Positions 25,530-34,911 of a stretch of DNA of 64,000 nucleotides are shown here, piece after piece. The stretch is taken from assembly GCA_043820815.1 (NCBI GenBank), contig JBDRDJ010000031.1, positions 36,015 to 100,014 on the forward strand, written 5' to 3'. Under the pieces are notes generated by a model. That model was not told where the DNA came from. It searched no databases and was given only the letters and a program-made list of their open reading frames with translations. The translations under genes were made by a program, and so were the position numbers. Position 1 is the stretch's first letter; each line of letters starts with the position of its first letter. Origin of the DNA: Candidatus Omnitrophota bacterium (GTDB taxonomy: Bacteria > Omnitrophota > Gorgyraeia > Duberdicusellales > 4484-171).

Positions 25530-26324
25530 CTACACCTTAACCTTAACTTTGCCCTTTACCATGTTATTAATTCTTTCGACTGAAGAAGAAGTATAATCCT
25601 GTAAAATTATCGCATCCGTACTGTAAGCAATAAAGTTGAATCCTTGATTAATTTTCTCCTCAACTTCTTGATAGCGGGGATAGACAATGTGCACACCCAA
25701 TGATTTGTTGTGTTTCTTTGCTGCAGCTTTTATTTTTGAAACAGCTTCAACAACCAAAGGATTATCAAAACCACCTGCCACCCCTAAAGATGCTGATATA
25801 TCATAAGGGCCAATTAAAATTCCATCTATATCTGTTTCTAATATACTGTCAATGTTTGAAAGTGCATCTTTATGTTCAATTTGCGCTATAACAATCATCT
25901 CTTTATTAGCCCTATCAAAATATTCTTTAAAATTAGAACCGTACCCCTGAGAACGGGCAATACCGGTTCCTCTTTTGCCTATAGGCGGATACATAGAAGA
26001 ACAAAGAGCTTCTTTTGCTTGATCTGCAGTGTTAACATTGGGAACAATTATACCGGCTGCTCCGGCATCTAAAACTCTCTTTATTTCTACATTATCATTG
26101 GATGAGAGCCTAACTAAAGGAATAATCCCTTTTGACTCTATTATCTGAAATAATACCTGTGTGGTTGATATATCAATTGCACTGTGCTCTAAATCAACTA
26201 CCAGCCAATCAAAACCTGCCTGAGCCATGATTTCAGCTGTAACAGGATGGCCAATTTGAAGCCAGCTTCCTATTGTAGTTTTACAATTTATTAACTTTTT
26301 CTTAAAAACTTCTCTTGCATTCAT
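25530..26324 (-). CDS. HpcH/HpaI-family class II (pyruvate-specific) aldolase
   Basis: 264 aa with GSWLQIGHPVTAEIMAQAGFDWLVVDLEHS and PPIGKRG, typical of HpcH/GarL/YfaU. Confidence 0.85.
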   Translation of the reverse strand: MNAREVFKKKLINCKTTIGSWLQIGHPVTAEIMAQAGFDWLVVDLEHSAIDISTTQVLFQIIESKGIIPLVRLSSNDNVEIKRVLDAGAAGIIVPNVNTADQAKEALCSSMYPPIGKRGTGIARSQGYGSNFKEYFDRANKEMIVIAQIEHKDALSNIDSILETDIDGILIGPYDISASLGVAGGFDNPLVVEAVSKIKAAAKKHNKSLGVHIVYPRYQEVEEKINQGFNFIAYSTDAIILQDYTSSSVERINNMVKGKVKVKV

Positions 26325-26371
26325 ATAAACCCCCTTAAGGTTTCGATTGCGCCTAATTAAATTTAGTATAT

Positions 26372-27043
26372 TTATTTCTTATTAACAATCCTATCGGCAT
26401 TTATCTCATCGATAAATTCTAAAACGCCTTCCATGCTTTTAAATTTTCCTTGAGTAATTTCATCTTGCGCCCATAACGCATTATCTTCTATAATACGGGC
26501 AATGAACTTAACGCCTGTATTTTTAGCTGCTTTAAGATCGTTTACCGCATCTCCGATAAAAACCGCCTCGCAAGGATTAAGTTTTAGGTCTTCTAAAATA
26601 TCTCCGATCAACTTAGCCTTTGTCGAAGGCGAACCAAAAACACCTTTAAAATACCCCCCTAAACCACGCCCTTTAACTATTTTTTTAATTTCTTTATCCG
26701 GCGTACCAGAAACAATAAATAAATCAAACTTTAAGCTGCATTTATCTATAAGCTCTTTGGCTCCCTTTACAAAAGGAGCGCTAATTACTTTCTCAACAAC
26801 TAAATTACTGAATTGGTCGCACAAGCTTAAAAATCGCTCTTTGGTCAAATCTTCCTTGATAATTGTTGAATAATAATATTTAAACTTATCATATCTTGAC
26901 ATTCCGCCGTTTTTAACGTGAAAATCGACAATCTCATCAACATACTCAGGATAACACTCAAACAAAGCCCTAAAAGCTTCTGTCTTAACATCAACCGATT
27001 CTGCAATAACACCGTCAAAATCAAATAGTATGCACTTTATCAT
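26372..27043 (-). CDS. HAD-IA phosphatase (PGP/beta-PGM-like)
   Basis: 223 aa with ILFDFDGVIAES (DxD nucleophile motif) and GDAVNDLKAA (motif IV). Confidence 0.85.
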   Translation of the reverse strand: MIKCILFDFDGVIAESVDVKTEAFRALFECYPEYVDEIVDFHVKNGGMSRYDKFKYYYSTIIKEDLTKERFLSLCDQFSNLVVEKVISAPFVKGAKELIDKCSLKFDLFIVSGTPDKEIKKIVKGRGLGGYFKGVFGSPSTKAKLIGDILEDLKLNPCEAVFIGDAVNDLKAAKNTGVKFIARIIEDNALWAQDEITQGKFKSMEGVLEFIDEINADRIVNKK

Positions 27044-27770
27044 CTTCTCTCATTCCTTGAAACCCTAAATTATCAACTATAAATTCAAACCATCTTATGT
27101 CATCTATAGTGTGGACGTCTACAAAACAATTATGGTTATGGTAGGATTGTTTTATACCTTTTATTTTCCTGCCCAAATAACTCCACGGCTTAATGCCATT
27201 GCTTTTATTGAGCCAAGAACTGTATCTAAAACACTCAACCGTATGATCTATCTCATAAGCCTCGCTGTCTTGACGTGAACCTGAAACTTTATCTTGAGTA
27301 TCAGGAAAATATGGGTTTAGAAAGCCCCCGCTCTCCTTCATTAAAGCCTCGGGGATATAGCCTGTTCTTCTTATGGTAACCGCAGAATCATAATCCTTAT
27401 TCTTTATAAGAAAACCTATGCATTTATCGAATATATCGGGATCGCGAAACGGCACAACGCACTGGGGCATCGCTATTATTTCTAAATCAGCGTGTTTTTC
27501 TTTAATAAAATTTATCGCGTGGTCAACTGACTCCATAAACTTTTCATTTTTGGCCAGCTCATCATCTCGCATTATTATTTGAGCGCCGGATTCTCTGGCA
27601 ATTTGGGCTGTTTTTTTACCGTTTGTGCTGACAAAAACACAATCCGCTTCTTTTGAATTCTTTGCATCATCAATCGCCCAGCTCAAAAGAGTTTTATCTT
27701 TTACTTTCCAGATATTTTTGCCGGGAAGCCCGATGCTTCCTTCTTTTGCCATAATCAAAACTATATTCAT
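27021..27770 (-). CDS. Divergent cytidylyltransferase of the acylneuraminate (CTP_transf_3) type
   Basis: 249 aa. IVLIMAKEGSIGLPGKNI stands in place of the canonical ARGGSKG..KN, and the overall layout is NeuA-like (VFVSTNG..., MPQCVVPFR). Confidence 0.55.
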   Translation of the reverse strand: MNIVLIMAKEGSIGLPGKNIWKVKDKTLLSWAIDDAKNSKEADCVFVSTNGKKTAQIARESGAQIIMRDDELAKNEKFMESVDHAINFIKEKHADLEIIAMPQCVVPFRDPDIFDKCIGFLIKNKDYDSAVTIRRTGYIPEALMKESGGFLNPYFPDTQDKVSGSRQDSEAYEIDHTVECFRYSSWLNKSNGIKPWSYLGRKIKGIKQSYHNHNCFVDVHTIDDIRWFEFIVDNLGFQGMREDDKVHTI

Positions 27771-27837
27771 TTCTCTCTTTTCCTTTTTTTATACGCAGAT
27801 TAACGCTAATCAACCGCATATGGTCGCAGATAAAGAT

Positions 27838-29898
27838 TCATCTAAGTCTATCTGCGTTAGATTTGCGTGCATCCGGGTTATACAAAGCAAAGAGATCTTC
27901 TTTAATATTTTTAGAAGACACATCACAGCCATATTCCTTACCCTCTAAAGAGGAATTAACAAAATTAAAGAAATTTTTCCTGTACTCCTTTGGATATTTA
28001 AAATCTATTAACTCAGAATCGGTTAATGGGTTATTTTTAAAAATATTTATCACTTTCTGGAGCTTTACATTTAGAGTAATATTATCAGTAAAATAATATA
28101 CTGGGCTTCTTTTAACTTCATTAACTTCTTTGGTTTCGTCAACATTAAAATGATTATACCTTTGCCATTTATCATATAAAATGACAGGGATATTACTTTG
28201 AAGAGCTTCCTCTATGCAGGTAGATGAATAACTTACAAGCAAATCCGCAATTGAAAGAAGATTTACAAACGGGCCGTTTTTTACTACTGATAATCTGTTA
28301 CGGACAGGAAGAAGTTTATGAAATTCTCTCTCAGACATATCACAAACCGGATGCGGCCTGATAATCAAATATGTATCATCCAATGAATTAACTGCATGGG
28401 TTAAATCTATTAAGCTCGATATATATTCGTCAAGGGTTTCTTCCATATGAAATCGAAGAGCGTTTCTTGCCTTCTGAGTTGTTGCGTGCAAAATAATCTT
28501 TTTATTTGATGCTTTTTTAGGCAATTGCTTAATTACCTTAAGGCGCAAATCATCCCTTTTTATAGAGTAAAGCAGCGGCCCGCTCATTACCCGTGGACGA
28601 TCATCTTCATAAAAATTAAGAAATTTATCTGTCCAGGGAGTCTGAACAGCAACGTGCTTATATGTGTTAATTATTACACTGGTGGCCAACCGGTAATTCT
28701 CAATTCTTTCGGCCTGGTTGTTGGGAGGAACATGTGTGCCATGACTTATATTAAGAGACGGAAACCCTAAAATGTGGCTTAATTCTCCCATCATATAATA
28801 TGGGCCCACACTATACATTGCCATAAGCAGTTTTGGACGCAAACGCTTAAAAATGTGATACAGCACAAGCGTTGAATGCTGCAATGAAATGATTTCATGC
28901 CTCAAGCCGATATCTATTTTATCTAAAAGGTATCTATTGAAAGCAATCCCTTTATATGTTAAGAGCCCGGCAATATTTAAATTAACTTCTTTTATAAAAT
29001 TATTAAAAACTTTATTAAAAATATAAATTTGGCGGTGATTCTTCTTAAACTTCTTTCGCAGTAAATCTAAAGGAAGTGCTGCATGGAGTAGTTTTTCCTT
29101 TTTACCTATTTTTAAAATACTTTTGGCAAGCAAAATGACTTTAAAAACCTCTCTCTTAAATGTAAACTTATCTTCCCACAACATTATACTTTTAACTTGA
29201 GGGCTTTTCTCTTCGATTGCTCTTAGCAGATTTCCCATGTTATACGAAAGGCTAGGGATAACGATATATTTATCCTTATCTAATTTTTCTTTGTTAAGTT
29301 TGCTATATTCAATCGAAGCAAGGATTTGGCCAGCTATCCGAATTGCTCTTGCCATAAATACTGATAAATATTTGCTTCTTTTTCCTTTTATTTCATAACC
29401 AAAGAACTCAATGTTGTTAATCTTACAAAAATCTTCAACCAAAAACCCTAAAAACCTCTCACTATCCTGTATATAGCCCTTCTTTTTATACATAGACACA
29501 TAATTTCTAATTATCGGACAATGTATTTGGGTGATTTTGTGTTTTTTATTTATGGATCCAAGAACCTCAATAATCCAAAGGAAATGATTAATGTATAAAC
29601 GCAAATGGTGAATAAATGTTTCTTGATAGCCGTTTTTTATGCCAAATACATCAGTTAGGTTAATTTCTTCAACTAGCCTTAAGGTGATCTCTTCGGTTTT
29701 CTTGATTATTCTGCTTTGGGCCTCATTATCTAAGTATTTTATAGTATCGCCTGAGGAAATACCTTTTTTATTAAGAAAAATACGCACTTTAGGATGAAAA
29801 CATATTACAGAAACATCCTTATCGAGAAAAAAATCTTTCCTAGTTTTCTTTAATAATACTTTCACCTCGTCAATGAATTCAAATATTACTATTTTCAT
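27838..29898 (-). CDS. Orphan 686-aa protein. The C-terminal part is GT-B-like, with an HP...SST motif pattern suggestive of a CMP-sugar (sialyl/Kdo-type) transferase.
   Basis: LIIRPHPVCD...(about 40 aa)...LLVSYSSTCIEEALQSNIPVILYD. I cannot place the N-terminal ~420 aa by eye. The CDS itself is solid; the function call is weak. Confidence 0.4.
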   Translation of the reverse strand: MKIVIFEFIDEVKVLLKKTRKDFFLDKDVSVICFHPKVRIFLNKKGISSGDTIKYLDNEAQSRIIKKTEEITLRLVEEINLTDVFGIKNGYQETFIHHLRLYINHFLWIIEVLGSINKKHKITQIHCPIIRNYVSMYKKKGYIQDSERFLGFLVEDFCKINNIEFFGYEIKGKRSKYLSVFMARAIRIAGQILASIEYSKLNKEKLDKDKYIVIPSLSYNMGNLLRAIEEKSPQVKSIMLWEDKFTFKREVFKVILLAKSILKIGKKEKLLHAALPLDLLRKKFKKNHRQIYIFNKVFNNFIKEVNLNIAGLLTYKGIAFNRYLLDKIDIGLRHEIISLQHSTLVLYHIFKRLRPKLLMAMYSVGPYYMMGELSHILGFPSLNISHGTHVPPNNQAERIENYRLATSVIINTYKHVAVQTPWTDKFLNFYEDDRPRVMSGPLLYSIKRDDLRLKVIKQLPKKASNKKIILHATTQKARNALRFHMEETLDEYISSLIDLTHAVNSLDDTYLIIRPHPVCDMSEREFHKLLPVRNRLSVVKNGPFVNLLSIADLLVSYSSTCIEEALQSNIPVILYDKWQRYNHFNVDETKEVNEVKRSPVYYFTDNITLNVKLQKVINIFKNNPLTDSELIDFKYPKEYRKNFFNFVNSSLEGKEYGCDVSSKNIKEDLFALYNPDARKSNADRLR

Positions 29899-29901
29899 AT
29901 G

Positions 29902-31701
29902 CTAAACCGGCTCTGCCTGCGCCTCCCTGTTATACAGGCTGAAATAAAGACCGCCTTTATTTAAAAGCGCTTGATGCACCCCCTGCTCAACTACACTGCC
30001 TGAATCTAAAACAATAATTTTATCGGCTCCCATTACCGTTGAAAGCCTGTGGGCTATTAAAATAACCGTATGATTTGAAGATATTTTATTCAACGCATTC
30101 TGAATCATTGTTTCAGAATGGTTATCTAAAGAGCTAGTTGCCTCATCAAAAAGAAGAATTTCAGGATCATTATACATTGCCCGGGCAATTGCTATTCTCT
30201 GGCGCTGTCCGCCGGAAAGCTTCATACCCCTGTCTCCAACTAAAGTATCGTAACCGTTTTCAAGATTTTGTATAAACTCATCAACATTAGCCAGCTCTAT
30301 TGCCTTTAACAGCTTGCTACTGTCAAATGGCCTGCCAAAAACAATGTTATCTGCAACCGTAGCATTGAATATAAAAGTATCTTGGGCAACATACCCAATC
30401 TTGGATAACCAGGTATCAATCTTTAAATCATTCATATTTATGTTATCGATTAATATTCTCCCGTTCTTAACCGTAAACAGCCTTAAGATTAAATTCGCGA
30501 TTGTGGTTTTTCCCGAACCTGATTTACCTACAATGGCAATGGTTTCGCCTTTTTTAATTTCAAAACTGATATGCTTAAGCACATCTTTGCCCTGCGGATA
30601 GCTAAAATCAACATTTTCCAGATTTATTGAATTATCAAATCTTTTTAAACTCACTTTTCCGTCATTTATTTCCTTTATATCCTGCTTTAAAAATTCATAG
30701 AGATTTTCAACTATGGCGAGGTTCCCTACATAGCTTAGGCGTTTTGCGCTAATGTTCTTAAATGAAGGCATAAAGCGATAGAAAGAATAAACATAAACCC
30801 CGAGCATTGATAACTGGCTTGCTGAAATGCCTGCGTTTGTTATTTTAAATGAAACCAAAAGCATCCCGAGCAGCCCCACAGCCAGCAATTCAAGGACATT
30901 AGGCGGCAGAGCCCGCCAGCTTTCATCTTTAACATAGAGGTTAAAATAACGGCACATGGCCTGGTCATACTCTTTTATCCATCTATTTTGAGATAGAAAA
31001 ATCTTAATAGGCTTTATGCCGTTTATAAGTTCGGCCAAGATAACTGTCTGGCTTACAGAAGACTCCTGCCTTCCTTTACCTATATAATACGTTACTTTTT
31101 TGGCTATAATGTTTGTAAGCATATAAAAAAGAGCTGAAAACACAACAATAACAAAAGAAAATTTAAGTGAGATTGCAAAAAGAACTCCCATTATTATAAT
31201 AAGTTTGACTATTTCAGCTAAAAACTCACAGCTGTATTGAAGCGTTACCCCCATTACCGAAGGGGCGGTAAAGCCACGGTATATAATTTCCCCTTCTTTG
31301 GTATCGAGAAAAAACTGATAATCAGCGTAAACACATTTGTTAAACACTTTATACTGGACATCGTGCCAGATCTTACAGCTTGCAAAAGCCGTAAAATAGC
31401 GCCTGAAGAAATCAAGAATACATTTCAATAAAATTATTAAAAATATTACCGTTACCGCCGAAAGAAGCTTATTGTCAAAGCCTATTACTTTAACTATCTT
31501 CATTGTAAAAAGGGCAAATCTGCCTTGGGGCACCTCCGAAGAAAGGACAGTCTTAAGAAGCCCGAAAATAACAAGAATGTTAAACCCTTCCAGTATGGAT
31601 ACTGTTAAAATAAGCAGAACAACTCCTAAAATAAGGCGTGGATACGGCTTTATAAAATACAACAAAGGCGCTAGGAATTTTCTCCTTTTTAAGCTACTCA
31701 T
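29902..31701 (-). CDS. ABC exporter, fused TMD-NBD half transporter (MsbA/PglK-like)
   Basis: 599 aa with six predicted TM helices, Walker A GKSGSGKTT, the signature LSGGQRQR and Walker B LLFDEATS. Confidence 0.9.
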   Translation of the reverse strand: MSSLKRRKFLAPLLYFIKPYPRLILGVVLLILTVSILEGFNILVIFGLLKTVLSSEVPQGRFALFTMKIVKVIGFDNKLLSAVTVIFLIILLKCILDFFRRYFTAFASCKIWHDVQYKVFNKCVYADYQFFLDTKEGEIIYRGFTAPSVMGVTLQYSCEFLAEIVKLIIIMGVLFAISLKFSFVIVVFSALFYMLTNIIAKKVTYYIGKGRQESSVSQTVILAELINGIKPIKIFLSQNRWIKEYDQAMCRYFNLYVKDESWRALPPNVLELLAVGLLGMLLVSFKITNAGISASQLSMLGVYVYSFYRFMPSFKNISAKRLSYVGNLAIVENLYEFLKQDIKEINDGKVSLKRFDNSINLENVDFSYPQGKDVLKHISFEIKKGETIAIVGKSGSGKTTIANLILRLFTVKNGRILIDNINMNDLKIDTWLSKIGYVAQDTFIFNATVADNIVFGRPFDSSKLLKAIELANVDEFIQNLENGYDTLVGDRGMKLSGGQRQRIAIARAMYNDPEILLFDEATSSLDNHSETMIQNALNKISSNHTVILIAHRLSTVMGADKIIVLDSGSVVEQGVHQALLNKGGLYFSLYNREAQAEPV

Positions 31702-31713
31702 CGCTACTTACCT

Positions 31714-33435
31714 CTATATATCTAATTTATCAATATAATAATCCTTTGACATATATATAGCCGCTATCTCTCCAGTATCAACATTGTTTTCTTTTAAATA
31801 TTCTAGTGCATCCTCTTTTGAGAGAACAATAACTTTCCTATATTTCTCATTTATCAAGAATTCCTGACAGAATTCCTCTAAGGGCCTTTTTTTATATTGC
31901 CTGGGTATATCTGTCCTTAACAGATCTTTGTAATAGACAGCTGCATTAAAACAGGCTAAGTCACCCGCCCCGATAACATCTCCAACCCTTTCAAAGCCTC
32001 CCGTGGAATGATATGAGCTGTAGTCATGAGTAAATATGATGATACCTCCCTCGGCAAAATGACCAATTTTATTATTAATCTTGCTATATATCTTACCGGG
32101 TCCTTTTATCGCTGCCTTGGAAAGGCCAAAGAAAGACTTGCGGTAACAATCGTCAAATTTATCAAAAACAGTCCATACGCTTGTAATGAAATAAAAACCT
32201 AATGCTGCTAATCCAATTCTATAGTAAACCTTTTTACCGCTGCGCAAAAAACAGATAATTAAATCTGCGGCAATAACACTGCTAAATAATGCTATGGCAT
32301 TAGCAATATCTGTTCGATAAAAAACAAGTATGTATACCGCGAATAAACATCCGTATATTGCTAAGAACAAGATGCTTTTGGTTCGGACACGGGTTAATAT
32401 TCTAACTATTACAAAAATAAGCACTGTAACGGCAAGAAAAATAAATATTGATAATATGGCTAGTATTTTTACAGATGTACTTAAAGATGTAAGGCTCCCA
32501 CCTTCTCTTATCAGCCGCCTAACATCTTCTTTAAGCTTTACATTATGCTTTAGCCGATTAAAAATTATATTGTTATACATTATGGAGAAACCCGTTGATT
32601 TTATAAATAAATCGTTAGCATTAAAGGCGTACCCCTGGATGTTCCTGTTCCACCTTTGGGATGCAGTTTTAAATCTATAGCTTAAAGGAATGGGTTTGCC
32701 GGTTTTCATATATGCTCCCAGAGGGAAAAGGGCGGCGACCATTAATAAAACTATTAAAATCAATAGTAATTTCCTAAAACATATTTCCTTTCTCAATAAT
32801 GAAAGAAAACCAGTTATTGCAAGAACTGGCAAGAAAACAAAGCCGCTTTCGTAGTTGAATATAGTTAACAGGAGAAAAACCGCACAAGCCATCAGAGAAA
32901 AATTCTTCTTTTCCTGAATATATCTAATAAGGAAATAAAGGCTTGCAGCTCCCGTCAAGGTGTTAGTGGCATGAGAATGAAAAGCATTCCAATTAAGCGC
33001 CTTAAAACCGATATAATAGTTAAGCGCAAACAGTGTTGCCGCTAGAATGGCCAAGGCTTTATCTTGATAGTATCTATCAACAATGAGAAAAACAAAGAAT
33101 GCTGTTAAAATGTAGAAGGCCATGATAATAAAGTGGAAAAATACAGGGCTTAAGGATATCGATGTAATTAGAAGATTTATCAAATTATAAAAAGGTGCAA
33201 AATGCCCACCCTGGACGTGCCCGCCGGTAGTATCAAAAATCAAAGGAAGAATTGGAGAGAATTTCGCTTTCACCATGATTAAATTTGTATATTGATAATC
33301 ATCGCTCCAATTTCCCGTATCAAAAGTAAGAATTAATAAAGGGAGATTAACGATAATTAGATAAGCCAAAACTGATTTTCTGTCTTTAGATATAACCGAA
33401 TATATTTTTCTTAAAATATTCATGGAACAAAACAA
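31714..33435 (-). CDS. Polytopic membrane protein, GT-C-like (ArnT/PMT_2-type) glycosyltransferase candidate
   Basis: 573 aa with about 11-13 hydrophobic helices. An Asp-rich motif (NWSDDYQY) follows directly after TM1, as in GT-C first-loop motifs. The C-terminal ~130 aa domain is soluble. Confidence 0.5.
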   Translation of the reverse strand: MFCSMNILRKIYSVISKDRKSVLAYLIIVNLPLLILTFDTGNWSDDYQYTNLIMVKAKFSPILPLIFDTTGGHVQGGHFAPFYNLINLLITSISLSPVFFHFIIMAFYILTAFFVFLIVDRYYQDKALAILAATLFALNYYIGFKALNWNAFHSHATNTLTGAASLYFLIRYIQEKKNFSLMACAVFLLLTIFNYESGFVFLPVLAITGFLSLLRKEICFRKLLLILIVLLMVAALFPLGAYMKTGKPIPLSYRFKTASQRWNRNIQGYAFNANDLFIKSTGFSIMYNNIIFNRLKHNVKLKEDVRRLIREGGSLTSLSTSVKILAILSIFIFLAVTVLIFVIVRILTRVRTKSILFLAIYGCLFAVYILVFYRTDIANAIALFSSVIAADLIICFLRSGKKVYYRIGLAALGFYFITSVWTVFDKFDDCYRKSFFGLSKAAIKGPGKIYSKINNKIGHFAEGGIIIFTHDYSSYHSTGGFERVGDVIGAGDLACFNAAVYYKDLLRTDIPRQYKKRPLEEFCQEFLINEKYRKVIVLSKEDALEYLKENNVDTGEIAAIYMSKDYYIDKLDI

Positions 33436-33455
33436 TAATTAACCCACCCGAAAAA

Positions 33456-34910
33456 CTACCGGGAAAAAAGGTAATCAACGGCTCTTTTCAAAATTATCTT
33501 TAAATGATTAAAGCTTTTTATCTCTGTCAGCATTTTAAACAAAATAAGCGGCCTTAAGTGGAATTCAAGAAATGCCCTGCGCTGTAACTGCTTTAATTTA
33601 TTTTTTGATATCCCTTTCGGGGAATACGCCACCTTCGAATAAAAAAGTTTACTCCAATCCGTATGAGATATCTCTCCGCTTTCGATAAGTTTTTCTGTTA
33701 TAGTTGTCCCGGGAAGGGGAAGAAAATTGCTAAAATGGGCCCTTTTGATTTTCAAGCGTTTAGCAAACTTTATGGTAAGCTTTATATCTTCAATTGTTTC
33801 GCCGGGATAGCCTATCAAAAAAAACCCGCTAGGCTCCAAACCTGATTTTCTTATCAGATTGACTTTTTCTTCAATCAACTCTATGGTTAAATCTTTTTTC
33901 ATGGCATTTAGAATATTTTGAGAACCCGACTCGATTCCAACCGTAAACGCATAAGCCCCCGTATCCTTCATATTCTTAAGAATGTTTGAATCAAGGTTAT
34001 TCAGGCGCAGCCCGTTTGGAAAGGTGTAGCTTATTTTAAGGTTCCTCCTTTTTATGCCCTGGCAAAAATCAATAACCCTTTGCTTGTTAAAATTAAACAT
34101 ATCATCTATTATATGAAACTCCCTTACCTTAAAGTCACCGTAAAGCATTTCCATTTCATCTAAAACACGCTCAATATTCCTAAAACGCAGCTTATGGCCC
34201 ATATTCACTCCGCTTCCGCAGAAAGTACACTGATAGGGGCATCCGCGTGTGGTTGAAATCGGGGCTATGGGAAAATTCTTATAAAATCCTCCTTGAGGGC
34301 TGTCAGGATACAATAAGGGGTTAATTAAATCCCATGCCGGATAGCCTAAGCTATCGAGGTCATCTATGTATGTGCGGGGATTCTTCAAAACCCTTTTGTT
34401 TTCGCGCCAAACTAAGCCTGGGATATCTTCATAACTAATCGAATCTTTTCTTAATAAGCGTTTAAGAAGCATGGGAAACCCAATTTCTGCCTCCCCCACA
34501 AACCCAAAATCGGCCCCTTCTAAATCATAAAGAGAATCGCCTTTAGTTGCAGAAACATGCGGACCCCCGATAACAATTTTTGTTTTGGGGCTGATTTTCT
34601 TTATCAGGCCGATACTCCTTTTAACGGAATTGAAATCGTAAGAGAAAACCTGAAAGCCTGCTATTTCAGGTTTATTCTCGCTGAAATAACTAAAGAAATT
34701 ATCAAATGACATCTTTTCTTTTACGCAATCCAATATTCTTATATTATTAAAGCCTTCCCTTCTTAAAGATGATGCTATATAACCTAAGCCAATGGGAGGA
34801 ACGACATAATGAGTATGGCTTACCGGCAAAACCAACAACACGCCATTTGCTGTTTTTTTCCTGCCTGATAAATGCATATCTTTTAGAACTATTCTTCCTG
34901 TTTCAGCCAT
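33456..34910 (-). CDS. Cobalamin-binding-domain (class B) radical SAM enzyme
   Basis: 484 aa with an N-terminal B12-binding-like domain (GVLLVLPVSH..., FVGEAE) and TRGCPYQCTFC. Confidence 0.85.
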   Translation of the reverse strand: MAETGRIVLKDMHLSGRKKTANGVLLVLPVSHTHYVVPPIGLGYIASSLRREGFNNIRILDCVKEKMSFDNFFSYFSENKPEIAGFQVFSYDFNSVKRSIGLIKKISPKTKIVIGGPHVSATKGDSLYDLEGADFGFVGEAEIGFPMLLKRLLRKDSISYEDIPGLVWRENKRVLKNPRTYIDDLDSLGYPAWDLINPLLYPDSPQGGFYKNFPIAPISTTRGCPYQCTFCGSGVNMGHKLRFRNIERVLDEMEMLYGDFKVREFHIIDDMFNFNKQRVIDFCQGIKRRNLKISYTFPNGLRLNNLDSNILKNMKDTGAYAFTVGIESGSQNILNAMKKDLTIELIEEKVNLIRKSGLEPSGFFLIGYPGETIEDIKLTIKFAKRLKIKRAHFSNFLPLPGTTITEKLIESGEISHTDWSKLFYSKVAYSPKGISKNKLKQLQRRAFLEFHLRPLILFKMLTEIKSFNHLKIILKRAVDYLFSR

Positions 34911-34911
34911 C

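Noticed and set aside
27793-27855. CGCAGAT direct repeats and an ATCTGCG inverted copy around the stop of the 686-aa ORF
   Set aside because: They are only 7-nt units, with a weak 7-bp stem, a 19-nt loop and no T-run. This is compatible with chance, so I did not call a terminator.
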